This document shows positions 24,923 through 37,299 of a stretch of 64,000 bases of DNA, piece by piece. Source of the DNA: Octopus sinensis (lineage: Eukaryota); assembly GCF_006345805.1 (NCBI RefSeq), contig NC_042998.1, positions 72,602,001-72,666,000 on the forward strand, written 5' to 3'. Made by a program: the position numbers and the translations under genes. The number at the start of each line of letters is the position of its first letter. Positions within the stretch are counted from its first letter, which is position 1. Under the pieces are notes generated by a model that did no database searches, was not told the origin of the DNA, and was given only the letters and a program-made list of their open reading frames with translations.

Positions 24923-25328
24923 TTGTGTGTGTTGTGTGTGTTTGAGTTTGTATTTGGGTGTGTCATTTATAAATATATATATATACATATACACACAAAT
25001 ATGCCTATACATATATATAAATATAGAATGCGTCTGTGTGTGTACATGTGTGTGTACGTACATATATATATATATAAAACAGAATATTTTGGCAAGCAAT
25101 AGATCTATAATTCTCGTTCAAGTCAGTGTTTTATTTCCACCATACAAAGCTTTACGAAGGAAGAGTCAGGTAATTTATTGTGTCAATCAAGATTTCCATA
25201 TTGCAGCATTCTATTCCAGTATCCAACCATTTGCACATTTTCTGGTACTTTCAGAATTTTAATAGTTTTACTGAAAGTTTCAAATGTGGAAAAAGTTTCG
25301 ATATGTAACTTTTGATTCCTTACTGATA

Positions 25329-26622
25329 CGAGGGGCGTTCAATAAGTAATGCCCCTGACCCACTTCCCATAGTAGTAGAGCAACGAAATTTGGCACAGTT
25401 ATTAGTCTTTTTCTACATAGGAATCATCCAGAGTTACGCATTTCTCCCTCGTTTGATGCAGCTCTGAAGACCATTTTTGTAGAAAACCCCAGCTTGCTCC
25501 TCCAACCACGACGTGACTTCAGAAATCAAGGCTGCACAATCTGGGAAACGCTTTCCTTTCAAAAACAACTTCATGGATGGGAAGAGGTGAAAATCAGAGG
25601 GTGCAAGGTCACGAGAGTAGGGGGGTTGGGGGAGGAGTTCATAGCCGCACGCCTGTGCTACTGATCTGGCGACACGCGAGTTGTGGACCGGAGCATTGTC
25701 CTGCAGGAGGAGGATGCCTTTGCTGATCTTGCCCCGCCTCTTGATTTTGATAGCTTCTCTTAATTTCCTCAAAAATGAAGCATAATAGGCTCCTGTAATT
25801 GTGGTACCCTTTGCCAGGAAATCTGTAATCACTACTCCGTCCTGGTCCCAGAAGACTGTGAGCATGACCTTGCCAGCGAAGGGCTGCACCCTTGCCTTCT
25901 TTGGAGGAGGTGAGTCACGGTGCTTCCACTGCATTGACTGGGCTTTGGTCTCTGGATCATAGTGATGGACCCAGGTTTCAACCAGTGTAATCAGTCTTTT
26001 GAAAAATTTTGACTCATCTTCTTGGCACATCTCCAAATTAATCCTCGAGCACTCGACGCGTTCTTCCTTCTGGAAAGGTGTGAGCAACCTGGGAATCCAT
26101 CTGGCAGACACCTTTTGCGTATGTAAATGGTCATGAATGATAGTTTCCACAGACCCGGTACTAATCTTGACCTCATGGGCTATTTGGCGAATTGTCATGC
26201 GTCGATCTTCCAAAATGGCAGCCTCAACTTGACGGACAGATGCCTCATGAATGGCAGAAGGGAGGGGGCGGCCAGATCTGGGAGCTGTTTCCACAGTTCC
26301 GACCATGTTTGAATTCACGATGCCAGCGTTTTACAAGGTCATATGATAGGGCATCCTCACCATAAGTTACTTTCATTTCATCAAAAGTCTCCCGTGCTGT
26401 GCGTTCTTTTCAAATACAAAAATCGTATCACTGCTCGACACTCAACAGGCTCCATTTCACACTTGACTCAGTTCAAACACCTGTAAATCAGAAACCACAA
26501 TTAGCTCAGAGCTGTAATTTGTCACTTTATCTATAGAGATATAAATAATTGCACATGCAAAATTTCAGCTAGATCAAACAACTGCAAGTGGGTCAAGGGC
26601 ATTACTTATTGAACGTCTCTCG
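25329..26622 (-). mobile_element. Full-length mariner transposon (DD34D, irritans-like), 1294 bp, inactive
   Basis: TIRs cgaggggcgttcaataagtaatgcccctgacccactt / aagtgggtcaagggcattacttattgaacgtctctcg, with TA on both sides. ORF 25434..26318 has WIPRLLT, QDNAPVH and YSRDLAPSDF; 34 residues lie between D2 and D3. The subfamily call is an inference from the WxPRLLT motif. Confidence 0.95.
25404..26455 (-). pseudogene. Mariner transposase pseudogene
   Basis: ATG at 26455 (MEPVECRAVIRFLYLK...), two N-terminal frameshifts, a C-terminal frameshift (IKR[W]EKCVTLDDSYVEKD*), and the first catalytic motif GDETW reads LVETW. Confidence 0.85.
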
Positions 26623-26747
26623 TAGCATCTAGGTCATCTATAATTCTAATTTAATTATTTTCTTGGCTCCATATCTACGCTTAGGTTAGTTAATTGCGAG
26701 AGTGCGGCACTTCAACGGATAGTCCCAATGTTTCCTCTGCTTGTCGT

Positions 26748-26778
<31 letters not shown>

Positions 26779-26792
26779 CACGCGCGCACGTA

Positions 26793-27558
26793 TAGGGTAC
26801 GATGAATAAACTGTCGTCTGAATTACGCAAAAATGAAAATAACACTGACATCTTTTAACAGGAACATTTGCCTAAATCATATAAAAATATCTTGATATAC
26901 TAAAGAGAGAATTTATTCAATATGATCACCATTGGCTTCACCCGCGACATCCAAACGACTTCAGAATCTGCTACAACTCTTCTGGATTCTCTTCTTGTTT
27001 AAATTGGTGAACGCCGCAATAATACCTGCTTTCAGTTCGACTTCGGTGTTACAAGGAATTTCGCTAGTTTTTCGCTCAACTGCGCTCCGCACATAATTAT
27101 CAAGGATGTTTTAGTCTGGGGAGTTAGCAATATTTTAGAGGTGATGTGGTCGCTGAAATTGTCTGATAGCCATGACTGTGTTCGACTGCTAGTGTTGCAT
27201 GGTTCAGAGTCCTGTTGACAGACATAGAGTCTGCCAGCAGCCATTTTCGTGACCCAGGGCAGTAATACCTCCTCTAACAACTTGATGGAGGTCTCTGTTT
27301 TGAGTTCATGTCCTCAGATTGCACCTTCCTCAGATTGACATCCAAATCCTCTAAGGGACATTCTAGTGCGCATGCCAAGAAGTCCAGCATATCGTTTCCA
27401 AATTTCTGGCAGAGTGAATTGCGTCGCTTTGATGCTTTTCTCATAAACGGTGCCCGACTGGCCCTACTGTGCTCTATAGTCGACAGAACCAAAAACCAGC
27501 ATGCGCATGCGCGAAATTGAAAATATAAGATTCTGCCAATTTACTCATCGCACACTAT
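26793..27558 (-). mobile_element. Internally deleted DD37D/maT-like Tc1-mariner element with TIRs
   Basis: Imperfect ~25-bp TIRs tagggtacgatgaataaactg / caatttactcatcgcacacta. The ORF LEEVLLPWV...YVCQQDSEPC..SRTQSWLSDNFSDHIT parallels the 7270-7620 fragment. Confidence 0.8.
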
Positions 27559-27609
27559 ATATATACGTTATTATGTATGCATGTATGTATGTATGAATGT
27601 ACTTTTATG

Positions 27610-27752
27610 GATCTGTCTGCTCACCCAACATCGCTTGACAACCAAGGTTAGTGCGTCTACGTCCCCGTAACTTAGCGGTTCAGCAAAAGAGTCCGATAGA
27701 ATAAGTACTAGGCTTACAAAGCATTAGTCCTCAGATTGATTTGTTCCACTAA
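27610..27752 (+). mobile_element. Family A SINE, 3' half
   Basis: gcttgacaacc...gtccccgtaacttagcggttcagcaaaagagtccgatagaataagtactaggcttacaaag. Confidence 0.8.
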
Positions 27753-28043
27753 AGTTGGACAAACGTATACCTTTAGGTATCTAGAGAAGCATAAAATGAT
27801 AGGAGACACACTCCAGGTGGTATCTAGATGATACGTCTTACTGAGCAGCACAGTTTACGTGCTCCGAAAGCAATTTCAGTTCTTTATCTTTAGTTTTCGA
27901 TCCACGTACTAGAAGAAGATATTGGTGGGTGGATGCCGCAGAAATTAGCGTTGCTATGAAATGTGATACTTTCCTTCGTGTGTATACCCACTCGTGTGTC
28001 TATATATATATATATGTAGGTATGTAATATATATATATATATA

Positions 28044-28078
<35 letters not shown>

Positions 28079-28954
28079 TACGTAACCACACACGCTTACA
28101 CATATATATAACGGAGTCATGGCCTGATCATTGTATGTCCCCAGTCACTGGAATTGTTATGGTCGAAGTATAAATTTCCTAAACCTGATAAGGAACGTGC
28201 CCAATGTTCCAAGTTGCATTTCATTACCGTTCAGATGCTGATATGGAACCTACTTTTAACTATAAATATTATAGTGGGATTAATGTTCTTAATGGAATAT
28301 TTTCATTTTGATGATAGCGTTAAACCTACATTTGATTACATATTTTCTATAAGTCATTTACTACGCCTAATTTTAGATTACCTTGCTAGTTTACACTGGA
28401 ATCACTGAAATATGTCACTGGATGTAAAATAAACGATATAAGCAGAAGTTGTTTCACAACAAAAATTTTTTTACACTTTTAAACAGTTTCTAATAATAAT
28501 TTCAATGGTTATCATACCATAGTAAGAAGTATCTACATCGTTTTAACCAATGATATATTAATACTTTTCTTATGATATTCAGACATATTTCTTGATATCA
28601 ACATATGATGTACACAATTTCTCAGATTTGACCCTGGGAAATAAAACATTATTTTCATGTAAAATCCTGTATTCATGTGTGGGGAGAATGTCTTGTCATT
28701 ATAACACATAAACTAGCATAAGTCAGTAACATTAGTTCTCGTTGCGTATAACATTACCTGAAACAGATAAAACGGCAAGAGTTCCATATTTTAAAACTAT
28801 TCGGCATTTAGTATATTCTCCAATGTCAAATGCATATATATAATATGTAATAAACTACCATTCATATTACCCGAAATTCTCGTTGTGAACTTGGGAAATA
28901 AGGAGAGTATATTAAGCTTGGCTATAAAATTTAGTAATATGAACACATTAATAT

Positions 28955-29525
28955 ATTTTATTGCAGTTTCCTCTAATTTTGAATATAAACATTGTTTCTA
29001 TTGTAAGATTCCAGTGTGTATTCCTAGCGCAAGAAGTGTATATTCTTTATATTTAAATCTGAGCTCGGCCATGGCAGGTCTGCTTGCAACATTCATATTC
29101 ATTGAGGTAATGGGTTATAAACTATTATATGATAGGATAGTTTCATCAAATTTAACTGCAATGTTACAAATTTATGGCTATGTGAGAAATACATATTTTT
29201 TTATAACGTGGAATAAAAATAGATGTATCACACCTCTTTAATAATCAGCTACAATTTCGTTATACTGGCAGCATTAATTTCATCATAATAGCTTAACTTA
29301 CAAATTGCCGAACGAAATACATTTTCGAAATTATTCTTCTGAAAATTGTATCCTACATTATGTTTGCAACCAATAATTTACAAATTATCATAACAGTTAT
29401 TCTTCATATCTGTGATGGCTTGAAAATATGGAAGGTATTTCGCTTGTATAGAACACAAAATATTTCGATAGTTAGAACGAACTGTGAATCCCATATCATT
29501 ACTGTGCGTTCCCCTATTAGGGATT
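28955..29525 (-). mobile_element. Possible Mutator-like (MULE) transposase fossil
   Basis: Weak motifs in the expected order across frames: NDMGFTVRS..LCSIQ (cf. DGTF...LYTIH), ITDMKNNCYDNL (cf. LPxKxxxTYxxL), NFENVFRSAI (cf. DFExAxxNAI), FLFHV (cf. GCxFH), HTGILQ*KQCLYSKLEE (cf. HPxIWxFIxxLKxEE). Confidence 0.3.
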
Positions 29526-32500
29526 TAACTTTTAGATGACAATCAGTAATTTTTGAAATGTGTATTGATTTCTAATTTTTTTTTTCTTAAAGTTTCATTA
29601 ATATTTGAAAATATTGCAACTAAAATTATTTTGAATATTGTACTTAATATTGAATGTTTGAGCCAAAGTTTCAATAAGCTCGTCGATAAATATCACAAAT
29701 TAGACGATTTGATTCCTTCTATCATTTTTAGGTTTCATGCAAGAAAATTTGACATTGTAACAGAAATAATTTCTCCACAAATCTCGGCATATTTTCAGGC
29801 ATGACTCTTGTTTTTATATTTGAAAAAAAAAAAAGAAGCTCTCGCTAAATTATTTTTGTGCCATGATAACTTTTGAATTTCGATAGTGTGACTGTTGATG
29901 TTCAATGTTAAAATCCGATATAGGATATATGTTTGTTAATTATAAACTATGATTATGGCTTTCAAATCGTTGTGCAAGGAATTCTTTGATAACTCTCATT
30001 AAAAATTAAATAAAGGAGCCTCTTAAAAAATTGCTTTCACTATATATGCATTATAATGTTAGTTCGTCACTACAACAACGATACCATTATTTCAATTAAA
30101 ATATTGAATAAATTATAGAAAAACATTTCTAAGATGATGGAATTCATCTCATTATATACGTATAATGCAACAATTACATTTTCGTCAGTTTCAATTAAGC
30201 AAATCTTGAAACAAAGAATTCAAATGAAAATTACTATAAAAATAAAATTTGAATATTAATATTAGAGATGGTGGTCATTAACTTTTGTAAAAGTAATTTC
30301 TGAAAAGGTAAGATTTTATATGTATAAGTACGATTTCGTGACACAAATTGAAATAACAGCATTCATGCTAAATATAATCAAAATTACGACTAAAGGAATT
30401 TCTTTATACCTAATTTAATTCGGCTGTAATAATTTGCAATAAAAATCCTCCTACAATTCTTTAAAATTCATGACAAGTGTTGTCTAAATAACAATATTCA
30501 ATTCCTCTCAAATTAACAAATTTCGATGCTATCAAACAGCTTTACAAAAAGTGAATGAACGAAATAAGTGTAACATTTTTATATCGATTGTATATTAATT
30601 CAATTTTGTTTCTTTAGAACGTCTTGTAATAATGTCTTATGAATTGTTAATGAACTTCCAAACGTTTCGGTTATGTGTAATAAAATAAAATATAGAAGAC
30701 GCAAACAATAGGCAAATTTAAATAAAATATAATGAGTTTTAAATCATCTGCAAGGCCGCATATATGTGGTGAAATGCAAATAATTAAATCAATCACATTA
30801 TTTTAGGCCACTTAATTGGATGTCTGAAAAAGGAATTATAATGTTGTTGTCAGAGTATTACAGAACTTATTGAAAAGTTTTGCTTGTTTTTGTATTAAAA
30901 GTTTTGTTTTTCTCTTTTGTAGTAAACTCCTTCAACTATCGCATTTGAAGTTGCATTTAACGTTATTTTATAAGTTTAGAATAAAGGAAAAGCTGTTTCT
31001 ATCCCTATGTGTGCACAATCAATAAATTTGCAGCTCTTCTTGAACATTGCATTTTACTAATGGGAGCCCTAGGCGTTGCATATTGGAAGATAGCAAATCG
31101 ATTAAAACAACGCCAGCAGATATTTACTTCACTGGAAAAGAATGAAACCAAACTGACCGCAGATTGATTTCATCTTATACCGTGGAAAAAGCAACTAAAT
31201 AAGGCCAAACGGGAAAAATGAATGAAAGTAAATATCTGCGTGGCGCACATTCGATCAAACTACCAATTTCATAAAGCATTATTTTTAGAATTAAACTCTT
31301 GTATTAAAGCCAAGTTAACAATAATATAGTTATGCGTATTTACATTCTAAATATAAATCTAAAAGCCCTGCGTGAGTTAATCGGTATTTTTATAAATATT
31401 CTAAGAGTACAAAACCTTTCCTAGCTTTATATGATTCTAGGTTACATATTCATGGTCAGTATATACATGCATACACATATACGCGCAAGGGAGACTATGC
31501 TGTACAATAAACCACTTTGGACACATTCCTTAAGAGTATCTTGGTCAGCCAATGGAATTTTCAGTAGACCATCCAGTATATGTGTGTTTTTGTCCATATT
31601 TATGTTCGCATATGTACAGATATAACACTTAAAAAGTTAATGCTAGAATTGGTATAGCTGTGGATGACTTTCACGTTGTTATTGGATTCAAGGGTTTTAT
31701 CTAACATTATGAATTTATTTTACCTACTGAGTTGAAATTCCACTGAAATCGAGTTCGATAACATAAGTACTAGTTGAACACTAATGAAATCCACTTACCT
31801 CTTCACCCAAAGTCGCTGGTCTTGAGACAATATTTGAAATCAATATCATTGATTTATTTGATCATTGCTTTTAAAAATATGTACAAGTATATGCTTAGTT
31901 GTCCAGCGTTATCAGAATGTTACGTTGTATAGTTTGATGATATAGGGAAACTCATATAACTGAAATGTTTACTTATTCTTTTAAATTTTTGTATAAGTAT
32001 GGGTAAAGCAGAGTACGTGTAACGTAGAATTTGTCGCAATGATTTTATTCTATATTGTGATTTGACAATTGTTGTATTAGAAGTTATTTCTCATCTAACA
32101 GTTCACACCATATGAAAAATTATGACCGCATGTTTTCTGCAGTAAACAAATGATATAGATTTCAAGACACCAAAATAGATGAGAATACTTAAGCATTTTG
32201 ATTGATCGATTCAAACATTTTTATACACCTGATTCTGAACATCTACATCTACTATTCAGTTTTGATTAGACAATATACTGCAATATTTACTGAATAGAGA
32301 ATGTATGAGTATGCTACTTAATATTAACCTCCACTCTTTAGTCTATAAAAGTGTAAATATGGAGTTAAGATATATATGGATATTATATTACACATATACA
32401 CTTCCATTGCTGATATGGTTTGAGAACAGCTTGCATGCATTCTTTTATACATGACCACACAAATAATATGGTAATTCCTTGCTGCATTATTATCACGTGT

Positions 32501-33329
32501 CCTCGGTGCATTAACTCGTAAGTTTTCTGTACAAACACAGCATTAAAGCATCGAGTGCTACGAGAAATCAATTTGCTCATACACGCTGCAACCCATTTTG
32601 GATATCATTATAATTAATAAGTGAATCGTGGTATCTACATCTCAAGCCAGAACACCATTTAGTACAGAAAGCAGGTGCTGAAAATCGATATTCTGTTATG
32701 TTTGGTGAAGGCAGGTTATAATGTGAGAAATTTTCCTAAATGCTGTAATATATTCACACTTCATCACAAATATTTGGCTATTCTTATTTTAGATCACTAT
32801 AAATTGTTTTACAACAAATACTATTTTTTTTAATGAAATCAAAATAATTTCATAAAAGCTACCTACGAAAAGATACACTATTTAATGCTATATGTTGTTT
32901 TCGTACTACATTATTAATTTGCAATGTACAGATGTAAATGTCCTACCACCCTACTGGAAGCGAAAATATATAACCAGCGATGACAGTTTTATGAAGTTAA
33001 GTTTTCTTCATGTGACTCTAACATTTTCCTTTCAAAAATATTCTACCCTGTCAAAATATCTTTAAAAAAAAAGATTCATGAACACGCCAAACAAATCAAT
33101 ACAGAAAACAAAAAAAATATTGGTGGAAAATTTCCTTGCCCAACTCTCTTACTATCGTACCCAACTATGCGATAAGAATATAAGGAAGGAATACGTTTGA
33201 GAAGTGGGAGGTTGGGTGATATTTTTGAAAGGCGCTAAGTTGGGGAGATACATAAAAATGGTTAGTAAACCTCAAAAAGAAAGGGCAGATAAAACGGGAA
33301 GCACACCGTACTACCATCGGGAAATAGAG

Positions 33330-34290
33330 ACCAAATTCATCAATATAGATATCACGTACATTTCACCGGCATTTGTCCTTGACTAACAGCAACCAATGCA
33401 AGCTTATGAACATACTGCACGTGGAAGATTGCAATGAACCCTATGCCCTACATCTCCACACTCAACCTGAAGGATTATAAGAAGGACTTCGTATCAAAAC
33501 CTTTTATACGCCTTATATGCCCTACCAAATCTGACCTGGAACGAATGATAAAGAAATTTCTGAGTAAAATAATGCCAATCGTCATGGACAAATTGAACGT
33601 CATCGAACCAAAACATGGTTCGATTTCTTGAACAGTGAAAACTCTTCTTCTTTCCTACAATAATTACTCTTCATCTATTTCTTATTTCTTCCGAACGTCA
33701 AACCCTCCTTCTAGCTAGGAATCTATCTAAAAAATAGTTCTTAATGCTCGAAAAAGTCATTTCTTTCGAGGACAAACTTTGGTGCCGGGCTCACCACTAC
33801 AACAGTAACAGTACCTACAACAAATTCTTTGACATTACTATGGGATCATCCGAATCCGACCAGATCAACGACGTTGTTGGACTATACCTACTCCATCAGC
33901 TCCGAATACACTTCCCTAACAGCAAAGGAAGTCTATACAGAGATAATGCTTTGCTAGTCACCAAGATCGTTAATTAATCGTATTTAGAAGGAATTAGGAA
34001 AGGTCTACACAATTTTTTCTCTAACCTCAAAATATTTATTACGTTTGAAAATTCCCACAAGACCACCAATTTTTTAGACGTCACTTTAAACTTACAATCT
34101 TCGCAATACTCTCCATATCAAAAATACAACCAGTACCTTAAGTACTTAAACAATAATTCCAATCACTGTAAATCCACCGTTGATAATACACTTAAGGATA
34201 TCTCGATTCGTATAACAGACTTATCATCAATTGAAGAAATATTCAATTACCACGCCTCATATTACAACTGAGCGCACATAACCGAGTTAC
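33330..34290 (+). mobile_element. Penelope-like element reverse transcriptase fragment
   Basis: LNLKDYKKDFVSKPFIRLICPTKSDL (cf. TLKDHKxxFxxKPxCRLINPxKSEL) and FDITMGSSESDQINDVVGLYLL...SLYRDNAL (cf. FDVTMGSxDGAExxELVGLYIL...GLYRDDGL). Confidence 0.8.
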
Positions 34291-34329
34291 ATAGGCTTAC
34301 CTGCCATCTTGGGTCTTCTGGATACCTCC

Positions 34330-34342
34330 CATATATATATAT

Positions 34343-34390
<48 letters not shown>

Positions 34391-34530
34391 GTGTTTGCGT
34401 GTGTATGCTTATATATATATATACACATATATATATATATACATAAATACGTATATACATATATATATGATATATATTATATATATATATATATATATGC
34501 ATACATACACACATTCCTACACACACGTAG

Positions 34531-34605
<75 letters not shown>
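34330..34605. repeat. Composite (TA)n/(GT)n microsatellite
   Basis: Direct runs. Confidence 0.9.
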
Positions 34606-34607
<2 letters not shown>

Positions 34608-35297
34608 AGAACAATGAAAATACAGGAAAAACTACAAATTGGTGTACACAGGGAATGCATTAGTCATTCAACGACAGTATTTGATGGAAAATGGGAATAA
34701 AAATATGACGTTTCCGACAAGGTATTTCGTCGAATGGGGGAAAAACGTGAGAGCAGATGAAAATGTAGTGGGAGCAGGTGATTCGGAGAAACGTACGTTT
34801 TATTTTTACATGGCCCCAAAAGATGGAGAGATATCGAAAATGTGGAATTTTCAATACAGAAGTGTACGTAATTGGCATCTGTGTATATATGAAATATGCT
34901 TGTGCAAGTGTGTTCATATGTACGTGTATGTGCGTACGTGCGTGTTTGTATATGTGTGTGTGTGTGTGTGTGCGTGTGTGCGCGCGCGTGCACGAGAGGT
35001 TTATGTGTCCTCAATGTATATCCATGTACGATTTAGAATGTGTATGTATGTATGTGTACACGTAGGCGGATCGCGAATAGTGTGTTTGTCTGTTAGGGAG
35101 TTTTGTGATTGATGGTGGTATATATGAGTGTGTGTGAGAGTTCATGTAAGTGTAGATTTATGTGGTCGTTTGTTGTAGAATGGAGCATTAGTAGCATGTA
35201 AGAACGAGAGTCTGTGTGGCGTGTATATGTGAGTGTGAATCTCTATGTGTGCATGCATGTGTTCACATATGAATTTTTTGCGTAATGGTGTGCATAC

Positions 35298-35340
<43 letters not shown>

Positions 35341-35460
35341 GGTACATGATAGCACTGTACTTTGTTCTTGCTTATGACAAAATATAGACGTCTGTGAGTG
35401 TATTTGTGTGAGTGCCTGCATGTATGTGTGTACAGTAGATATACGTTATGTGTGTTGTTT

Positions 35461-35511
<51 letters not shown>

Positions 35512-35513
<2 letters not shown>

Positions 35514-35758
35514 CGTAAATTGTACTAGCCATCTGAATGTGGCTAGCCACTGGGGGTGGGGTGTTACTGACGCTTTTAGCCCCAGGAGATCAACGTCACC
35601 AGCTGGCCTTAGACACAATTTCAGTGCCCTTGTGTTATGTGGGCATTGAAATTGTGTCTAAGGCCAGCTGCTGACTTTGATCTCCTGGAGCTAAAAGCGT
35701 CTGTAACACCCCACCCCCAGTGGCTAGCCACATTCAGATGGCTAGTACACTTTACGTT
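35512..35758. repeat. Long palindrome: 118-bp arms, 11-bp spacer (foldback MITE or hairpin-RNA candidate)
   Basis: 35512-35629 is the reverse complement of 35641-35758, with 6 mismatches by my manual comparison. Confidence 0.95.
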
Positions 35759-36067
35759 GTCGAGCGGTTACTGTTTATATCTCGTTCGGAGATTTATTAA
35801 TGCTTATATATATATATATATAATATATATATATATGTGTGTGGTGTGTGTGTGTGTGTGTGTGTGTGTTTGTGTGTGTGTGTTGTGTATGTGTGTTCGT
35901 GTGTGTGTGTATTGAATTGCTTGGGACACAATGTATCTATCAGGCAAGGGGTTCTCTTTTGTTCATAAGGACCGTGTTTATACGTGCTTGAGAATGTTCA
36001 ATTCTGCAAACATTTGTAAAATGACATTTAGATGAAGTAAATATCAATATCTTTATAATATATCATT

Positions 36068-36270
36068 GGGAAATAGCCGGCAGTATTGCTAGAAAGAGGG
36101 AAAGTAATGTGTGATATTTCTTTTATCTTTACCGTCTCAATTCAAACCTGTCCAAATCTAACCTTTCCGGTCAATAGAATAACGTGCCAGTCACATAACG
36201 GGGTCGGTATAATCAACTTAACCTAATCCACTTAGAATTTCTGGTCTTGTGCCAAAATTGGAAATATTTT
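36068..36270 (+). mobile_element. Highly diverged family B SINE
   Basis: gtgccagtcacataacggggtcggtataatcaactta...tggtcttgtgccaaaattggaaa resembles the family B 3' half. Confidence 0.4.
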
Positions 36271-37254
36271 TGTTAGTATTGATTTTCTTTTGTCATATAA
36301 TTAGTTCAGAATTATTTGCTAAATTCTTTTGAAAGAATTTTTTTATTGCTCTTGTAAACAAAAATTGTCATTGAACATCTTCAATCGTTTGAAATAATTA
36401 CTTTCATTTGTCTTAAATACTCGGAAAATTGAAAGTGAGCTAAGCCTTTTCGTGATGAATATATCGCTAAACATCGATGTCACATTTTTTTTTTGCAAGA
36501 CAAAATTCATGTGACATAAATACAATTACACAAGATTGTTCTGTGAAAGCGTATGTCAATTAATTTCAATTTAGAGAATACAATACATTTATGACACAAT
36601 AGCATTTTTATTACTCAACAACCTATAAATTAGGAGCACAGATAATATATTTGTCTAATGAAGCCATCTCTTTTTACACAAGTGTTAATTACAACAGCGT
36701 CAGATTGATATATCAAGTAATATTTCATGTTAAATTATAAAGAAATATATTATTAAATGACAATCCTAATAAATCATACGCAATTATAGAACAGGTTGTC
36801 CATACATGTATATAACAGTGCCTGGATTTTCTGGATTTTCTGGATTTGATATTTGGCACATTAATTTACAATAATGAATATTACAAAAAGATATAAAAAG
36901 TTGAGTCGCATAAATCGGACAAGAAACTCAACACATCAGGATATATTTCTGTCAAATCTGTTGAAGTATTATTATATAGTTTCCAAATAAGCAATATTTT
37001 TAGTAGCGAAAGACACCGAAAATGGAGAAAAGATTAATTCTTACATTCGTGATAACCATTGTCTAATGAATACCAGTAGCTCCACGGATTGAAAAAAAAA
37101 CTCGTCAAATATGACTCTTAATATGCCTATACTAATGCTTCTCGCGTTTCTTTCCGTTGTGAGTATTTGTATTATTGCATACCCTCATATATATATATGG
37201 GGCGAGGGGAGCCATCTATGTATCTCACTCTCCCTTTCTCTCTCTGTGCATATA

Positions 37255-37299
<45 letters not shown>

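Noticed and set aside
30266-30307. Candidate 42-nt exon (RWWSLTFVKVISEK|GTAAGA)
   Set aside because: Good donor but weak acceptor, with no supporting gene model.
31725-31845. Possible very old family B SINE remnant
   Set aside because: Only short motifs (gagttgaaattcc, taagtactagtt) match; too weak to call.
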